From assembly GCA_963764165.1 (NCBI GenBank), contig CAVXRD010000002.1, positions 1,664,001-1,728,000 on the forward strand: a DNA stretch of 64,000 nt, given 5' to 3'. Below are positions 19,457 through 30,434 of the stretch, one piece after another; positions within the stretch are counted from its first letter, which is position 1; each line of letters opens with the position of its first letter. This stretch comes from an uncultured Verrucomicrobiae bacterium (lineage in GTDB: Bacteria > Verrucomicrobiota > Verrucomicrobiia > Limisphaerales > Palsa-1400). A model generated the notes under the pieces. The model was given only the letters and a program-made list of their open reading frames with translations. It was not told the DNA's origin and ran no database searches. The translations under genes and the position numbers were made by a program.

Positions 19457-20506
19457 TCAATGCCGCACTGCCGCAAGCCCCGCCTTCGCCCCCTTTTTTT
19501 CGTCCTGGAACGGCACGCCCAATTCATCGCTTAGCCACAAAGCCAAAGCGCGGGCCTGGACCTCCGGCCATCCCCAGTTCACCAGCGGCACCGCAACGCC
19601 TTCAGTGCCCGGAACCTGGCGATAGAGGGCCGTCGCGTAAGAAACATACTGGCCGCTGGGATTTTGGGAGATGTTTTTCTCCAGCAAGACGCCGGTGATT
19701 TCCCGCAGCGGAATTGTCAAAGGAAATGCCCGTCCAGCCTTGGCGGGAACAACGATGGCATTGGCGGAGCGCAGAATGCGAAGGTCGTAAAGGCCCCGCT
19801 GCCATCGCTGCAGCATCCACAGAAAGGTCATTGCCCCGGCGATTCCAACAAAGGCGAGCACGCCATACATGAGAGACAAACCTGGCGCAAAACCCGCCGC
19901 CAAGACCACAGCCATCGCCGCCACAAACGCCGCCGCCCCCGCGCCAAAGAAGCCCGCCGCGATGGGAGTAACATCAGCCAGCCGGACCCGCGTTTCATCT
20001 TTGCCTTGGAAAATGCGGGCGCGGCCGATGCGATTGGGGCCACCAGCCGGCGCCTTGGATCGACCGACGCTATGCCAGATCGCAGCAGTCATCACGTCCA
20101 GTGGCAGCGCGAACACCAGCAGCAGCCAATCGCAGCCGCGCAAGCCGGGCGCCAGAACGGAGTCGGCTGGATCGGCTGGGTCGTAATAGATCTTCTGACG
20201 CGATCCTGGCCGAAACATGTTCGTGACAGCGCGATAGTCGAAGGCGCCGTCGCGCTCATCGTAACGGTATCGATGCCCCGTGTAATCCATGCCGTTGACC
20301 GCGTAACTGTAACTCATGTTGACGCCGCGTTTGACGTATCCGGTTTGCTTAAGGTCACTGCGCATGATCTCGCCGGTGGTGGTGGCAAAATCGTTGGCGA
20401 GCAATTGGTGGAACGACGTTTCGATCACGACGTAATTGCCCGCCAGCAGCACGCCGGTCCAAATGGCCAGCAGCAGCAATGGGTAGGAAAAGGCAATCTT
20501 GCGCAC
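19457..20506 (-). CDS. DUF3592-like membrane protein
   Basis: TTGEI...YSYAVNG..YTG...IYYDPADPADSVL pattern flanked by TM helices. Confidence 0.65.
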   Translation of the reverse strand: MRKIAFSYPLLLLAIWTGVLLAGNYVVIETSFHQLLANDFATTTGEIMRSDLKQTGYVKRGVNMSYSYAVNGMDYTGHRYRYDERDGAFDYRAVTNMFRPGSRQKIYYDPADPADSVLAPGLRGCDWLLLVFALPLDVMTAAIWHSVGRSKAPAGGPNRIGRARIFQGKDETRVRLADVTPIAAGFFGAGAAAFVAAMAVVLAAGFAPGLSLMYGVLAFVGIAGAMTFLWMLQRWQRGLYDLRILRSANAIVVPAKAGRAFPLTIPLREITGVLLEKNISQNPSGQYVSYATALYRQVPGTEGVAVPLVNWGWPEVQARALALWLSDELGVPFQDEKKGAKAGLAAVRH

Positions 20507-20638
20507 AACTGAATTTTGCCGCCTCGAGCGGAGAATGGCAACTCACAAGGCAGGGGCGCCTTGCCGAGGCATCCCTCCCTCGAAGGAGCATGCGCGTGAT
20601 TGACTTCGCGACGCTTTGGCATGATTCGTATAGGACAA

Positions 20639-22186
20639 ATGAAATCAGCCCTCGCTCTATTCTTTTGCGCGTTCATAGGGGCCGCCGCGCAGGGCCAGTC
20701 AGAGGATGGCCCGTTGACGGCTACCTTGCTGGTGAACGCAGCCCAGCCCGGCGCAGTCATCAATCGCAATATTTACGGACAATTTTCGGAGCACCTTGGC
20801 CATTGCATTTATGGCGGGGTGTGGGTCGGCGAGGACAGCCCGATCCCCAACACGCGCGGCATTCGCAATGACGTCGTCGCCGCGCTCAAGGCGCTGAAAG
20901 TGCCGGTGCTGCGCTGGCCGGGCGGATGCTTCGCGGACGAATATCATTGGAAGGACGGCATAGGCCCGCGCGAGAAGCGGCCTTCGATGATCAACACGCA
21001 TTGGGGCGGTGTGACCGAGAACAACGCCTTCGGCACGCACGAGTTCATGGACTTCTGCCAGCAAATCGGCACCGAGCCTTACATTTGCGGCAACGTCGGC
21101 AGCGGAACCGTCCAGGAAATGATGGAGTGGGTCGAATACATAACGTCCGACGCGCAGTCTCCCATGGCCGATCTCCGCCGGAAAAATGGCCGCAACGAGC
21201 CGTGGAAACTTCCTTATTTCGGAGTGGGCAATGAAAGCTGGGGTTGCGGCGGGGATATGCCGCCTGATTTTTACGCGCAGAATTTTCTGCGCTACAACAC
21301 GTTTGTCAAAAATTACCCGGGCAACTCCGTTTACCGCATCGCGTGCGGCGCAAATGGCGGCGATTACAAATGGACGGAAACCGTGATGTCCATCGCGGGC
21401 CACCGGCTGGACGGCTTGTCGCTGCATTTTTATTGCGGCACCGGGCGCGCGAGCCGTTCGGCCACGAACTTCGCGGAGGTGGATTGGATTTCGCTGTTGG
21501 GAAGCGCCGCCCATATGGAAGATTTGGTCACGCGCCATTCGCTGATCATGGATAAATACGACCCGCAGCGAAAAGTTGGCCTGATGGTGGACGAATGGGG
21601 GACGTGGCACGAAGTCGAGGCCGGCACGAATCCCGGTTTTCTATTCCAGCAAAACACGCTGCGAGACGCCATGGTGGCCGGAATCACTTTGAACATCTTC
21701 AACCGCCATTGTGATCGCGTGCGCATGGCGAACATCGCGCAGCTCGTCAACGTCCTCCAAGCCATGATTCTGACGGACAATGAGAAAATGGTGTTGACAC
21801 CGACTTATTACGTTTTCCAAATGTATAACGTCCATCAGGACGCAACACTGCTGCCCGCCACCATCAATACGCCTGATTACAAACTTGGAAAAGATACGAT
21901 CCGCGCGGTTTCCGTCTCCGCCTCGCGCGACCGAAACAAGAAAGTCCACATTTCGCTCACGAACGCCGATCCGTATCATCCGGTGAATGTATCCGGCATC
22001 ATGGACGGGATGACCGCGACAAGTGTCAGCGGCCAGGTTCTCACCGCGCCGGCCATTAATTCTTGCAATACCTTCGGAGCGCCCGAAGCAGTCCATCCCA
22101 CAAAATTGGAGGGCGCGAAAATGGTTGACGGAAAACTCGCGGTCACGCTCCCGCCGAAATCCATCGTGGTGCTCGAGTTGGAATGA
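20639..22186 (+). CDS. Secreted alpha-L-arabinofuranosidase (GH51)
   Basis: [23 protein letters not shown] (acid/base), DEWG (nucleophile), MANIAQ. Confidence 0.92.
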   Translation: MKSALALFFCAFIGAAAQGQSEDGPLTATLLVNAAQPGAVINRNIYGQFSEHLGHCIYGGVWVGEDSPIPNTRGIRNDVVAALKALKVPVLRWPGGCFADEYHWKDGIGPREKRPSMINTHWGGVTENNAFGTHEFMDFCQQIGTEPYICGNVGSGTVQEMMEWVEYITSDAQSPMADLRRKNGRNEPWKLPYFGVGNESWGCGGDMPPDFYAQNFLRYNTFVKNYPGNSVYRIACGANGGDYKWTETVMSIAGHRLDGLSLHFYCGTGRASRSATNFAEVDWISLLGSAAHMEDLVTRHSLIMDKYDPQRKVGLMVDEWGTWHEVEAGTNPGFLFQQNTLRDAMVAGITLNIFNRHCDRVRMANIAQLVNVLQAMILTDNEKMVLTPTYYVFQMYNVHQDATLLPATINTPDYKLGKDTIRAVSVSASRDRNKKVHISLTNADPYHPVNVSGIMDGMTATSVSGQVLTAPAINSCNTFGAPEAVHPTKLEGAKMVDGKLAVTLPPKSIVVLELE

Positions 22187-22211
22187 TGCAGCGCGCGCCG
22201 GGGCCATTTTT

Positions 22212-22277
22212 AACAGAAGATAACGAAGGGAACGAAGATCTGAATTTCCTACTTCATTACCTTTGTTGCCTTCTGTT
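22212..22277. repeat. Imperfect inverted repeat with 9-bp periodic arms
   Basis: AACAGAAGATAACGAAGGGAACGAAG vs CTTCATTACCTTTGTTGCCTTCTGTT. Confidence 0.7.
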
Positions 22278-22375
22278 GGATTCCTCATGCCTCGACGCAA
22301 GATCGAGGGGCGCCGATTAAACTGCATCCGGCAAATTAACTTGCGCACGGGCTGGGTCGTTCGCAGGTTGAACGG

Positions 22376-24997
22376 GTGTTGGATTTCCGCAACGTTGTCC
22401 TTGCAGGCCTTTTGATTCTCGCCACGAACGGTCGCGGGCAAAGCGCCACGCCGCCCGCTAGACTTCCCGGAATTCAGCCAGACGGATCAGTCTTGCTGCA
22501 CAACCAATGGTCGGTTCATCCGGCCGGAACGCAAATCGATCTCGGCAATTGTTTTCCCGTCAATCTCGCCATCGAACCGAAAGGCCGTTACGCCGTGGCT
22601 CTGCTGGCCGGCTACACGCAGCACGAAATTCTGGCGGTGGACTTGAAGAGCGGCGCGGTCACCAGCCGGATTCCATTGAGTCAAACCTATTATGGCCTGG
22701 CCCTGTCGGATGATGGGAACACCGTTTATTGCAGCGGCGGCGGGGATGAAGTGGTGCATCGATTTTCGCTCGCGAATGGCCAATTATCAAATGCAGTGGA
22801 GATTCGCATCCACGACCGCACTCTGCGCGCGGTGCCGTGCGGGCTGGCGGTGGATCATGCGCAGGAAAAACTCTTCGTGGCGGACGTCCTCGGAGACAGC
22901 GTGGCGGAAGTGGCTTTGGGCGCGAATCCGACGACTTTGGACATTGATGTCGGCACAAAGCCCTCTCGCGAAGCGATGAAACCCGCCCTTCCCCTCAAGG
23001 ATTTTGAGTCCGTCGCCGCAGGCCAGCGATGGGAAGCGGGATCCTATGGCAAAGGCTCCATTTTTTCATTCATGGCCAAGGAGGTTCTGGCCGATTTGCG
23101 CACGGAGGTCGGATACTATGGTTACGATCCCGCTGACTCTTATCCCTACGCCTGCTGCCTGGACGAAAAACGCCAGCGCCTCTACGTGAGCTTGTGGGCG
23201 CAATCGTCCGTCAGCGTCATTGATCTAAAGACGGGCAAAGTTTCGGCTCGCTGGACGGCGGAGGATCATCCGTGCGAAATGGCGCTGACCCGCTCGGGAA
23301 AAATCCTTTACGTCGCCAACGCCAACCGAAACACGGTTACTGTATTTGACACGGAAACGGGAAAGGTGTCCGAGACAATTTGGGCCGCGTTTTATCCGGA
23401 CGCCCCGCCGGGTTCAACGCCCAACAGCGTTGCGCTCTCGCCGGATGAAAAAACATTGTTCGTGGCCAATGCCAACGTGAACGCCGTGGCCGTGTTTGAT
23501 GTAAGAACCCGCGGGAAGGCTGCCGCGAATGGTTTTATACCTGTGGGTTGGTATCCAACTTCCGTGCGCGTCACGCCCGATGGCCGCCGCTTGATCGTGG
23601 CCAACGGAAAGGGCGCGACTGCCAAATCCAACCTCACAAAATCGCTCGGGCGCGAATACATCGCGACGCTGTATCAAGGGACCTTGAGCGTGGTTGATCT
23701 GCCCGACCGCAAACATTGGGACGAGCAAATGGCCGCGTGGACGCGCGTCGCTTATGCCTGCTCGCCGTTGAAACCATCGGCATCGGTCACGGTGGCGCCG
23801 CTTCCAGGAAATCCTATTCCCGCAAAAGTCGGCGACCCCAGCCCGATCAAATATGTCATCTACATCATCAAGGAGAACAGAACCTACGATCAGGTTCTTG
23901 GAGACATGCCGCAAGGCAATGGCGATGCGCGTGTGTGCCTGTTCCCCGACAGCGTCACGCCGAATCATCACAAGCTGGCGCGGGATTTCGTGCTGCTCGA
24001 CAATTTCTACGCCGACGCCGAAGTCAGCGCGTCCGGCCACGAATGGAGCATGGGCGCTTATTGCGACGATTTTGTGGAGAAGACGTGGCCGCAGAATTAC
24101 GGGCACAATGGAGATGGAAAATTTCCGTTCCCAGGCGAAGGCCATTTCGCAATCGCCACGCCATCCTCCGGTTACCTGTGGGATCGCGCTCGCGAAGCCG
24201 GGATAAGCTATGTGAGCTATGGCGAATTCGTAAGCTACGACCAGCCTTTGGGCAAGCCGGCGCGCCCGCGTGTCAAGTCATTGCAAGGCCACATTGATCC
24301 CATGTATCGCGGATTCGATTTGGCTTATAGCGATTTGAGCCGCGCGGATCGCTTCATCTCGGAATTCAAGCGCCTCGATGCCGCCGATCAAATGCCGCGC
24401 CTGCAAATCGTTCGCTTGCCGAACGACCACACCCACGGCGCGACGCCAACCTTTCCCACGCCATCCGCTTATCTCGGGCAAAACGATTTGGCGCTTGCCC
24501 GCATAGTGGAGGCCGTGAGCCACTCGCGTCTCTGGGCGCAAACGGCGATTTTCGCGGTGGAAGACGACGCGCAAAACGGCTCTGACCACGTCGACGCCCA
24601 TCGCACGGTGGCATTGGTCGCCAGCCCCTACGCCAAACGCGGCGTGACAGATTCCACCATGTATTCCACCACGAGTATGCTGCGCACGATCGAACTCATC
24701 CTCGGTTTGCAGCCGATGTCCCAATTCGACGCGGCCGCCACACCGATGTATGCCACCTTCCAAGCCCATCCTGACCTTCGGCCCTATGAACTCGCGCCGC
24801 CGACGATGGATCTGGAACAAAAGAACCGTATAAGCGCATGGGGCGGAACGATCAAAATGAACTTCGCGGTGGAAGACGCTGCCGATGATTATTTGCTAAA
24901 CGAGATAGTCTGGAAATCCGTGCGGGGCGCAAAATCGGCAATGCCAGCACCCATCCATGCCGCCTTCGTCTACGGGCACAAGGATGATAATGATTAG
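22376..24997 (+). CDS. YncE beta-propeller / phosphoesterase (alkaline phosphatase superfamily) fusion
   Basis: Signal peptide, YVTN-like blades, IIKENRTYD, LLDNFY, PNDHT, EDDAQNGSDHVDAHR. Confidence 0.85.
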   Translation: MLDFRNVVLAGLLILATNGRGQSATPPARLPGIQPDGSVLLHNQWSVHPAGTQIDLGNCFPVNLAIEPKGRYAVALLAGYTQHEILAVDLKSGAVTSRIPLSQTYYGLALSDDGNTVYCSGGGDEVVHRFSLANGQLSNAVEIRIHDRTLRAVPCGLAVDHAQEKLFVADVLGDSVAEVALGANPTTLDIDVGTKPSREAMKPALPLKDFESVAAGQRWEAGSYGKGSIFSFMAKEVLADLRTEVGYYGYDPADSYPYACCLDEKRQRLYVSLWAQSSVSVIDLKTGKVSARWTAEDHPCEMALTRSGKILYVANANRNTVTVFDTETGKVSETIWAAFYPDAPPGSTPNSVALSPDEKTLFVANANVNAVAVFDVRTRGKAAANGFIPVGWYPTSVRVTPDGRRLIVANGKGATAKSNLTKSLGREYIATLYQGTLSVVDLPDRKHWDEQMAAWTRVAYACSPLKPSASVTVAPLPGNPIPAKVGDPSPIKYVIYIIKENRTYDQVLGDMPQGNGDARVCLFPDSVTPNHHKLARDFVLLDNFYADAEVSASGHEWSMGAYCDDFVEKTWPQNYGHNGDGKFPFPGEGHFAIATPSSGYLWDRAREAGISYVSYGEFVSYDQPLGKPARPRVKSLQGHIDPMYRGFDLAYSDLSRADRFISEFKRLDAADQMPRLQIVRLPNDHTHGATPTFPTPSAYLGQNDLALARIVEAVSHSRLWAQTAIFAVEDDAQNGSDHVDAHRTVALVASPYAKRGVTDSTMYSTTSMLRTIELILGLQPMSQFDAAATPMYATFQAHPDLRPYELAPPTMDLEQKNRISAWGGTIKMNFAVEDAADDYLLNEIVWKSVRGAKSAMPAPIHAAFVYGHKDDND

Positions 24998-25048
24998 CTG
25001 TTGGTCAATTGGCTTGATATAATCCGCGTTCTTTCTACAGTGCATACG

Positions 25049-25648
25049 GTGAATCGAAAGGCACGCCAGTTTTGCCTGTGGGGAGCCATTCTGGCTCTCT
25101 GCGCCGTAGCGTTTTCTTCGAAGTCCTTTGCCAGCGGGGAGCAGGCCACGGCGGCGGATCTTCTTCGCAAGGGCGTGAAGGTCAACCATGTGTCAATTCC
25201 CATCTACGACAAAGGCGCGCGCAACCTCCTGGCGGTCATTCGCGTGGATCATGTTTTCAAAGACTTTGCGCGCCGGGGCATGTTCCACATTGGCATTCTG
25301 CCAATTGAAGTGTTGGACGGAACCACTCTGGAAGTTCAGGAAGGCGCCCGGCCTGCGGAAGTTTTTGAGCAGGTCGAACGATGGCTTGGCGGGGACGCTA
25401 AAAACCTGATCGAATTGCGCAAGGTCAAATTAATTTGCAACGGCAACTCAATTGAAACGGATAGAATCAGCGTGCGCGGCGCTGGCTTGTGGCAATTGGC
25501 CGGGAATGTCTGTTACAGTGATGCGGCGGGAAAGCTTCGGGCTGAACGCGGCTCCTTCCGAGCCATCGGCGAACACGCGGGCCATATCATTCTCGAAGGC
25601 ACTCAGCGCAAGGAGGCGGAATTCTTCGCTGCGCCTCCGGCAAACTGA
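25049..25648 (+). CDS. Hypothetical exported protein
   Basis: GTG start followed by signal peptide ending SFA; beta-rich; no family recognised. Confidence 0.55.
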   Translation: MNRKARQFCLWGAILALCAVAFSSKSFASGEQATAADLLRKGVKVNHVSIPIYDKGARNLLAVIRVDHVFKDFARRGMFHIGILPIEVLDGTTLEVQEGARPAEVFEQVERWLGGDAKNLIELRKVKLICNGNSIETDRISVRGAGLWQLAGNVCYSDAAGKLRAERGSFRAIGEHAGHIILEGTQRKEAEFFAAPPAN

Positions 25649-25653
25649 ATCTT

Positions 25654-26166
25654 TCACTTCTCTCTCCCTCTTTCTGATGCCGCAACGCGGCACCGTTCGG
25701 CGACCCATGCCAGATCTTCCAGGAATTCCGCCCTCTTTTTCTCTGGCCAGCCGTACAATACTTCGGATTGCAGACCGAGCGCGATTTCGCGGGCGCGTTC
25801 AAAGACCTCGCGGCCGGCGGGTGTCAGGCGCAGGCGGTAGGCGCGGCGGTCGTGCTCGTGGCGGTCGCGCGTGATCCAGCCCATCGTTTCCATCCGTTCG
25901 ACCAGCGCGCCAATCGTGTTCGGATCGCTGGCGACGAGGCGGTTCAATCCGCTTTGGGTCAAACCCTGCGGCTCGTGCTCGGCTAAATTTCGCAAGGCGG
26001 TGAATTGATCGGGCGTCATCGCGAGGTGGGTGAGCCGCCGGCGGAAGGTTTGGTTCAGGTTGAACCACGCGTGGCGCAGCAAGATCGGCAGGCGCCGCCG
26101 CGAAGGCGCATGAAGGGCTGGAGCGGGCGGTTTGGCGGGAGCGGAAAATTTGGGTCGGCGCGGCAT
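25654..26166 (-). CDS. MarR-family transcriptional regulator
   Basis: TPDQFTAL, TQSGL, LVERME..GWITR...DRRAYRLRLTPAG. Confidence 0.9.
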   Translation of the reverse strand: MPRRPKFSAPAKPPAPALHAPSRRRLPILLRHAWFNLNQTFRRRLTHLAMTPDQFTALRNLAEHEPQGLTQSGLNRLVASDPNTIGALVERMETMGWITRDRHEHDRRAYRLRLTPAGREVFERAREIALGLQSEVLYGWPEKKRAEFLEDLAWVAERCRVAASERGREK

Positions 26167-26173
26167 GTGAGGA

Positions 26174-26239
26174 AATACTACGTGTAAGTATTATTTTTGT
26201 TGCATGTCGGGCGAAGGTGTAGAATACTGCGAGTATTCT
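26174..26239. promoter_or_regulatory. Two AATACT/AGTATT palindromes (putative MarR operators) overlapping a TTGTTG-N17-TAGAAT promoter
   Basis: AATACT-N7-AGTATT 26174-26192; AGAATACT-GCG-AGTATTCT 26221-26239; -35 at 26197-26202 and -10 at 26220-26225. Confidence 0.6.
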
Positions 26240-26387
26240 TGGAAGCCAAAAAACGCAGTGAGTCCGCGCGTTGGTGTAATTTGAACGCAGAAGAGCTGGA
26301 AAGATTTTGTCGTCTTTGACTCTTTGCGGCTTTCCATGAGATCAGGATCGTTGTTGCTGAGGCAGATTGTTTTTTTGTTTAGCCAAT

Positions 26388-28715
26388 ATGAGACTGAAAA
26401 TTCCGGTTGTGTTGGGCCTGTTCGGTTGTTTTCTGGGCCATTTGACTCTCAATGCCGCGCCCACCGGCTGGTTTAGCTGGCGCGGCCCAAACCAAAACGG
26501 CACCTCCGCCGAAACCAATCTCCCCTCCACCATCGACGGCGCTCATCCGCTTTGGACGGCGGATTTCCCGGGGCAATCGACCGCCGTTGCTTGCAACGGG
26601 CGCATTTATATCATGGGCTATCTGGGAACCGGGCCGGATTTGTCCGAGGGCGTGGCCTGCTTCGACGCCAATACCGGCAAGGAACTCTGGCACAAGGTTT
26701 ACCTCGATTTCCTCAGCGACACCGTTTACACGCGCTATTCCACTTCCAGCCCAACGCTCGATCCCGAAACTGGGAATGTTTATATCCAGGACACTCAGGG
26801 CATTTTCGCGGGCTTCACATCGGACGGGAAAACCCTGTGGGAACATTCGCTGATGGAGGAGTATGGCCGGCTGACGTTCCCGAACGGGCGCACGGCTTCG
26901 CCGGTGGTCGACAAGGATTTGGTCATCACGCGCGGCATCACGGCCAATTGGGGCGCGCAAGGTCCGGCTGCGGATCGCTTCTATGCATTTGACAAAATGA
27001 CCGGCCAGGCGGTCTGGTCTTCCACACCCGGCGGGCGGCCCAAGGACAATTCCTATTCCCACCCCGTGCTCGGGTGGCTGGATGGCAAGCGCGTGTTTTA
27101 TTCCGCCACGGGAGACGGCTCGGTGATTTGCGCCAATGCCCGCACCGGCCAGCCGATTTTCCAAATTCCACTCTTCAAAGCAGGAATCAACGCCTCGGTC
27201 CTTTTGCACAAGGACGACGAGATCGTCGCCATTTACGGAACGCCCTACGAACCCGGCCAGATGGTCGGCCTGAAAATTCCGCACGTCACCCCGACAAATT
27301 CCACCGATCCGGTCATAGTGCCGCGCTCGCAAGTGGAGCTGTGGAACAACGAGCTTCGCACCTCCGCCAGCTCGCCGATTCTGGTGGGCGACCGCGTTTA
27401 CGTGACAAGCGAAGTCGGTTATCTGGTCGCGGTGGATGCGCTGACGGGAAGGCTCGTTTGGAAACTGAAGCTGGGAATCGAGCAGCGCAATTCCTGCCCG
27501 CTGTTTGCGGATGGCAAAATTTATGCGCCGATTCTCAACGACCCGGAATTTTCCGCCGCGGTCGGCGAGGAAAACGCCTCCGGCGGCCACGGCGCCCTTT
27601 ACGTGATTTCTCCGGGCGACAACGAGGGGCAGGTTCTTTCGCACACGGTTCTTGATGGCCGCTGTTTTGGAACTCCCACCGCTTACAACGGCCGCATCTA
27701 CATGCAGACAACCAAGAAGCTTTATTGCTTCGGCAGCCCAGCGCCGAGCTCGCCGGATTTCAAAACCGCCGATGCCGCCCCGGACGACAAATGGCCCGAA
27801 CCCGGTCCGGCTAAGTCCCTGCTCATCGAGCCCAACGAACTGCTCTTGCAGCCGGGCGAGAAAGTTTCCTTCCGCGTGCGCGAATTGGATGCGAACGGCT
27901 TGACTGTCAAGGAAGTGAGCGACCCGAAATCCGTCAAATGGGAGTCTTTCATTCCTCCGACCGCCAAGGTCAAGGCCAAGATGAACGCCGAATTCAACGC
28001 CGACGGCGAAATGGTCGCCGCGCCGATCAAAGCCCCGTCTGCCGGCGCATTTGAAGCGCAGCTCGATGGGTTGAAGGGCTTCATTCGCGGCCGCGTCCTG
28101 CCAGGACTTCCGCTCAAGCAAGATTTCGAAGCCATTCAGTTGACAGAAATGACATCGAACAATGTCGAGCCTCCCACGCCATTTGCCTATCCGCCGCTGC
28201 CGTGGATTGGGGCGAGGTTCAAGTTCGACGTCCGCAGCAAGGACGGCAACAAAGCCCTCGTCAAGACGATTGATAATCCGTTCTTCCAGCGCGCCACCGT
28301 CTTCATGGGGACGCCGGATTTGAAGAATTACACCATCGAGGCGGACGTGATGAGCGAAGGCAACAAGCGCAAAATGTCCATCGTCGGCCTGATCAACCAG
28401 CGTTACCGCGTGGTGCTCAAAGGCAACGACCAAGTATTGGAAACGACCTCCAACGAGGAGCTTCTCCACAACGACGTGCCGTTCCATTGGTCGGCCAATG
28501 TCTGGTATCACATGAAATTGCGGGTGGATTTGGCGGCGGACGGCTCAGGCGTAATACGCTGCAAAGTGTGGCCCAAAGCTGAGACGGAGCCGGCCCCTTG
28601 GACGAGCGAAGTGCCGATTGCGCACGCGAACACGAGCGGCTGCCCGGGGCTGTTCGGCTTTTCGCCGCAGAACATGCGCGTCTATATTGACAACATCGCG
28701 GTGACGGCGAACTAA
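26388..28715 (+). CDS. Secreted PQQ-like beta-propeller with C-terminal beta-sandwich (lectin/DUF1080-like) domain
   Basis: Signal peptide, WFSWRGP, repeated TGKELW/TGRLVW; C-terminal NYTIEADV...WYHMKLRV...YIDNIAV. Confidence 0.75.
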   Translation: MRLKIPVVLGLFGCFLGHLTLNAAPTGWFSWRGPNQNGTSAETNLPSTIDGAHPLWTADFPGQSTAVACNGRIYIMGYLGTGPDLSEGVACFDANTGKELWHKVYLDFLSDTVYTRYSTSSPTLDPETGNVYIQDTQGIFAGFTSDGKTLWEHSLMEEYGRLTFPNGRTASPVVDKDLVITRGITANWGAQGPAADRFYAFDKMTGQAVWSSTPGGRPKDNSYSHPVLGWLDGKRVFYSATGDGSVICANARTGQPIFQIPLFKAGINASVLLHKDDEIVAIYGTPYEPGQMVGLKIPHVTPTNSTDPVIVPRSQVELWNNELRTSASSPILVGDRVYVTSEVGYLVAVDALTGRLVWKLKLGIEQRNSCPLFADGKIYAPILNDPEFSAAVGEENASGGHGALYVISPGDNEGQVLSHTVLDGRCFGTPTAYNGRIYMQTTKKLYCFGSPAPSSPDFKTADAAPDDKWPEPGPAKSLLIEPNELLLQPGEKVSFRVRELDANGLTVKEVSDPKSVKWESFIPPTAKVKAKMNAEFNADGEMVAAPIKAPSAGAFEAQLDGLKGFIRGRVLPGLPLKQDFEAIQLTEMTSNNVEPPTPFAYPPLPWIGARFKFDVRSKDGNKALVKTIDNPFFQRATVFMGTPDLKNYTIEADVMSEGNKRKMSIVGLINQRYRVVLKGNDQVLETTSNEELLHNDVPFHWSANVWYHMKLRVDLAADGSGVIRCKVWPKAETEPAPWTSEVPIAHANTSGCPGLFGFSPQNMRVYIDNIAVTAN

Positions 28716-28748
28716 TTTGCGAACATCCGCGCCTGCTCCAATCAATCT

Positions 28749-30434
28749 ATGAAATCGAATAACAAATATTTTTCCAGCGTGCTGGTGGCGGCACTGGCGG
28801 CGGGCGGCATGTCGACGAGCGCTTCGGATTGGCCGCGCTGGGGCGGCCCCGACCCGGGGCGCGACATGATTTCGCCTGAGCTTGGATTGCCTGACCGCAT
28901 CACCACCAACACCAACGGCCACATCGACATGAAGCCAGGCACCGACGATATCGATCTCAAAAGCGCGCCAAATATCAAATGGGCGGCCAAGGTCGGATCG
29001 CAAAGTTACGGGAACGTCGTGGTCGCGGGCGGAAAGGTTTTTATTGGCACAAACAACGAAAACCCGCGCGATCCGCAGCACCAGGGCGACCGCAGCATCC
29101 TGATGTGCTTCGACGAAAAGACGGGCGCGTTTCTCTGGCAGTTGGTGGTGCCGAAGCTCGCCTCCGGCAAGGTGAACGATTGGGAAAATCTCGGACTGCT
29201 TTCTTCGCCGTGCGTGGAAGGCAATCGCGTTTACCTCGTGACCAGCCGGTGCGAAGTCATGTGTTTGACAACGGATGGCATGGCCGGCGGCAACAATGTC
29301 GGCCCGTTCACGGACGAGGCGCATTACGTGGCGGGACCCGGCAATCCGCCCGCGAAAATCGGGCCGCATGACGCCGATATCGTTTGGAAATATGACATGA
29401 TGGATGAGCTGGGAGTGTTTCCGCACAACGCCTCGAATTGCTCTCTGCTGATCGTCGGCGATTTGATTTACGCCTGCACTTCCAATGGCCAGGATTGGAC
29501 GCACGTCAGCATTCCTTCGCCCAATTCCCCGAGTTTCATCGCGATCAACAAAAACACCGGCAAGCTCGCGGGTGAGGACAACGCCGGGATTGGCCCGCGC
29601 ATTTTCCACGGCGAATGGAGTTCGCCCTCGATGGGTGTCGTCAATGGCAAGACGCTGATTTTCTTCGGCGGCGGCGACGGAGTTTGCTACGCCTTCGACG
29701 CCGAGCCAAAAAAAGGCGACGGCTCGCCCATCGTCCCGGTCGTGCCCGGCCCGCCGATCAATCGCACCGAAGACGCGGACACGATGTATTTGAAAAAGTA
29801 CTGGTGGTTCGATTGCAACCCGCCGGAACGCCGCGTCAACGATGCCGTTCATAAATATCCCGCGCCGGACGGCCCGAGCGAAGTAAACGCAACTCCGGTT
29901 TTCTGGCACAACAAAGTTTACATTGCGGTCGGCCAGGACCCTGAACACGGCGAAGGCGTTGGCATGCTGAATTGCATTGATGCAACCAAGACCGGTGACG
30001 TCACGAAGTCGGGCAAGATTTGGAGCTTCGACAAAATTCATCGCAGCCTCTCGACCGTTTCCATCACGCCGGATGGTTTGCTGTTTGTCGGTGATTTCTC
30101 CGGCTTCCTCCATTGCCTCGACGCGAACACGGGCGAGGAATACTGGGTGCAGGATTTGAAGGCGCACATCTGGGGCTCGACGATGGTGGCGGACGGAAAA
30201 GTTTACATCGGCGACGAGGACGGCGACCTGTTCGTTTTCGCGGCCAGCAAGCAAAAGAAATTGCTGAGCACGACCAATCTCGGCGGGCCGATTTATTCGA
30301 CCCCCATTGTGGCCAACGGAGTTTTATACGTCCATTCCAACACGCACCTTTTTGCGTTCTACGACGCCGAGCATCAAAAGATGGCGAGCGATGAAAAACC
30401 AAAACTGAATCTGGACAACAAAAACGAAAAATGA
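28749..30434 (+). CDS. Secreted PQQ-like beta-propeller protein
   Basis: Signal peptide ending ASA, DWPRWGGP, GKVFIGTN, TGAFLW, DGKVYIGDEDG, YSTPIVANGVLY. Confidence 0.8.
   Translation: MKSNNKYFSSVLVAALAAGGMSTSASDWPRWGGPDPGRDMISPELGLPDRITTNTNGHIDMKPGTDDIDLKSAPNIKWAAKVGSQSYGNVVVAGGKVFIGTNNENPRDPQHQGDRSILMCFDEKTGAFLWQLVVPKLASGKVNDWENLGLLSSPCVEGNRVYLVTSRCEVMCLTTDGMAGGNNVGPFTDEAHYVAGPGNPPAKIGPHDADIVWKYDMMDELGVFPHNASNCSLLIVGDLIYACTSNGQDWTHVSIPSPNSPSFIAINKNTGKLAGEDNAGIGPRIFHGEWSSPSMGVVNGKTLIFFGGGDGVCYAFDAEPKKGDGSPIVPVVPGPPINRTEDADTMYLKKYWWFDCNPPERRVNDAVHKYPAPDGPSEVNATPVFWHNKVYIAVGQDPEHGEGVGMLNCIDATKTGDVTKSGKIWSFDKIHRSLSTVSITPDGLLFVGDFSGFLHCLDANTGEEYWVQDLKAHIWGSTMVADGKVYIGDEDGDLFVFAASKQKKLLSTTNLGGPIYSTPIVANGVLYVHSNTHLFAFYDAEHQKMASDEKPKLNLDNKNEK

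Noticed and set aside
26379..30254. Long antisense ORFs (710 aa at 26379-28511, 569 aa at 28545-30254) and similar ones at 42281-43444, 47037-48209 and 59416-60504
   Set aside because: Shadow frames opposite well-supported genes in GC-rich DNA; no recognisable motifs
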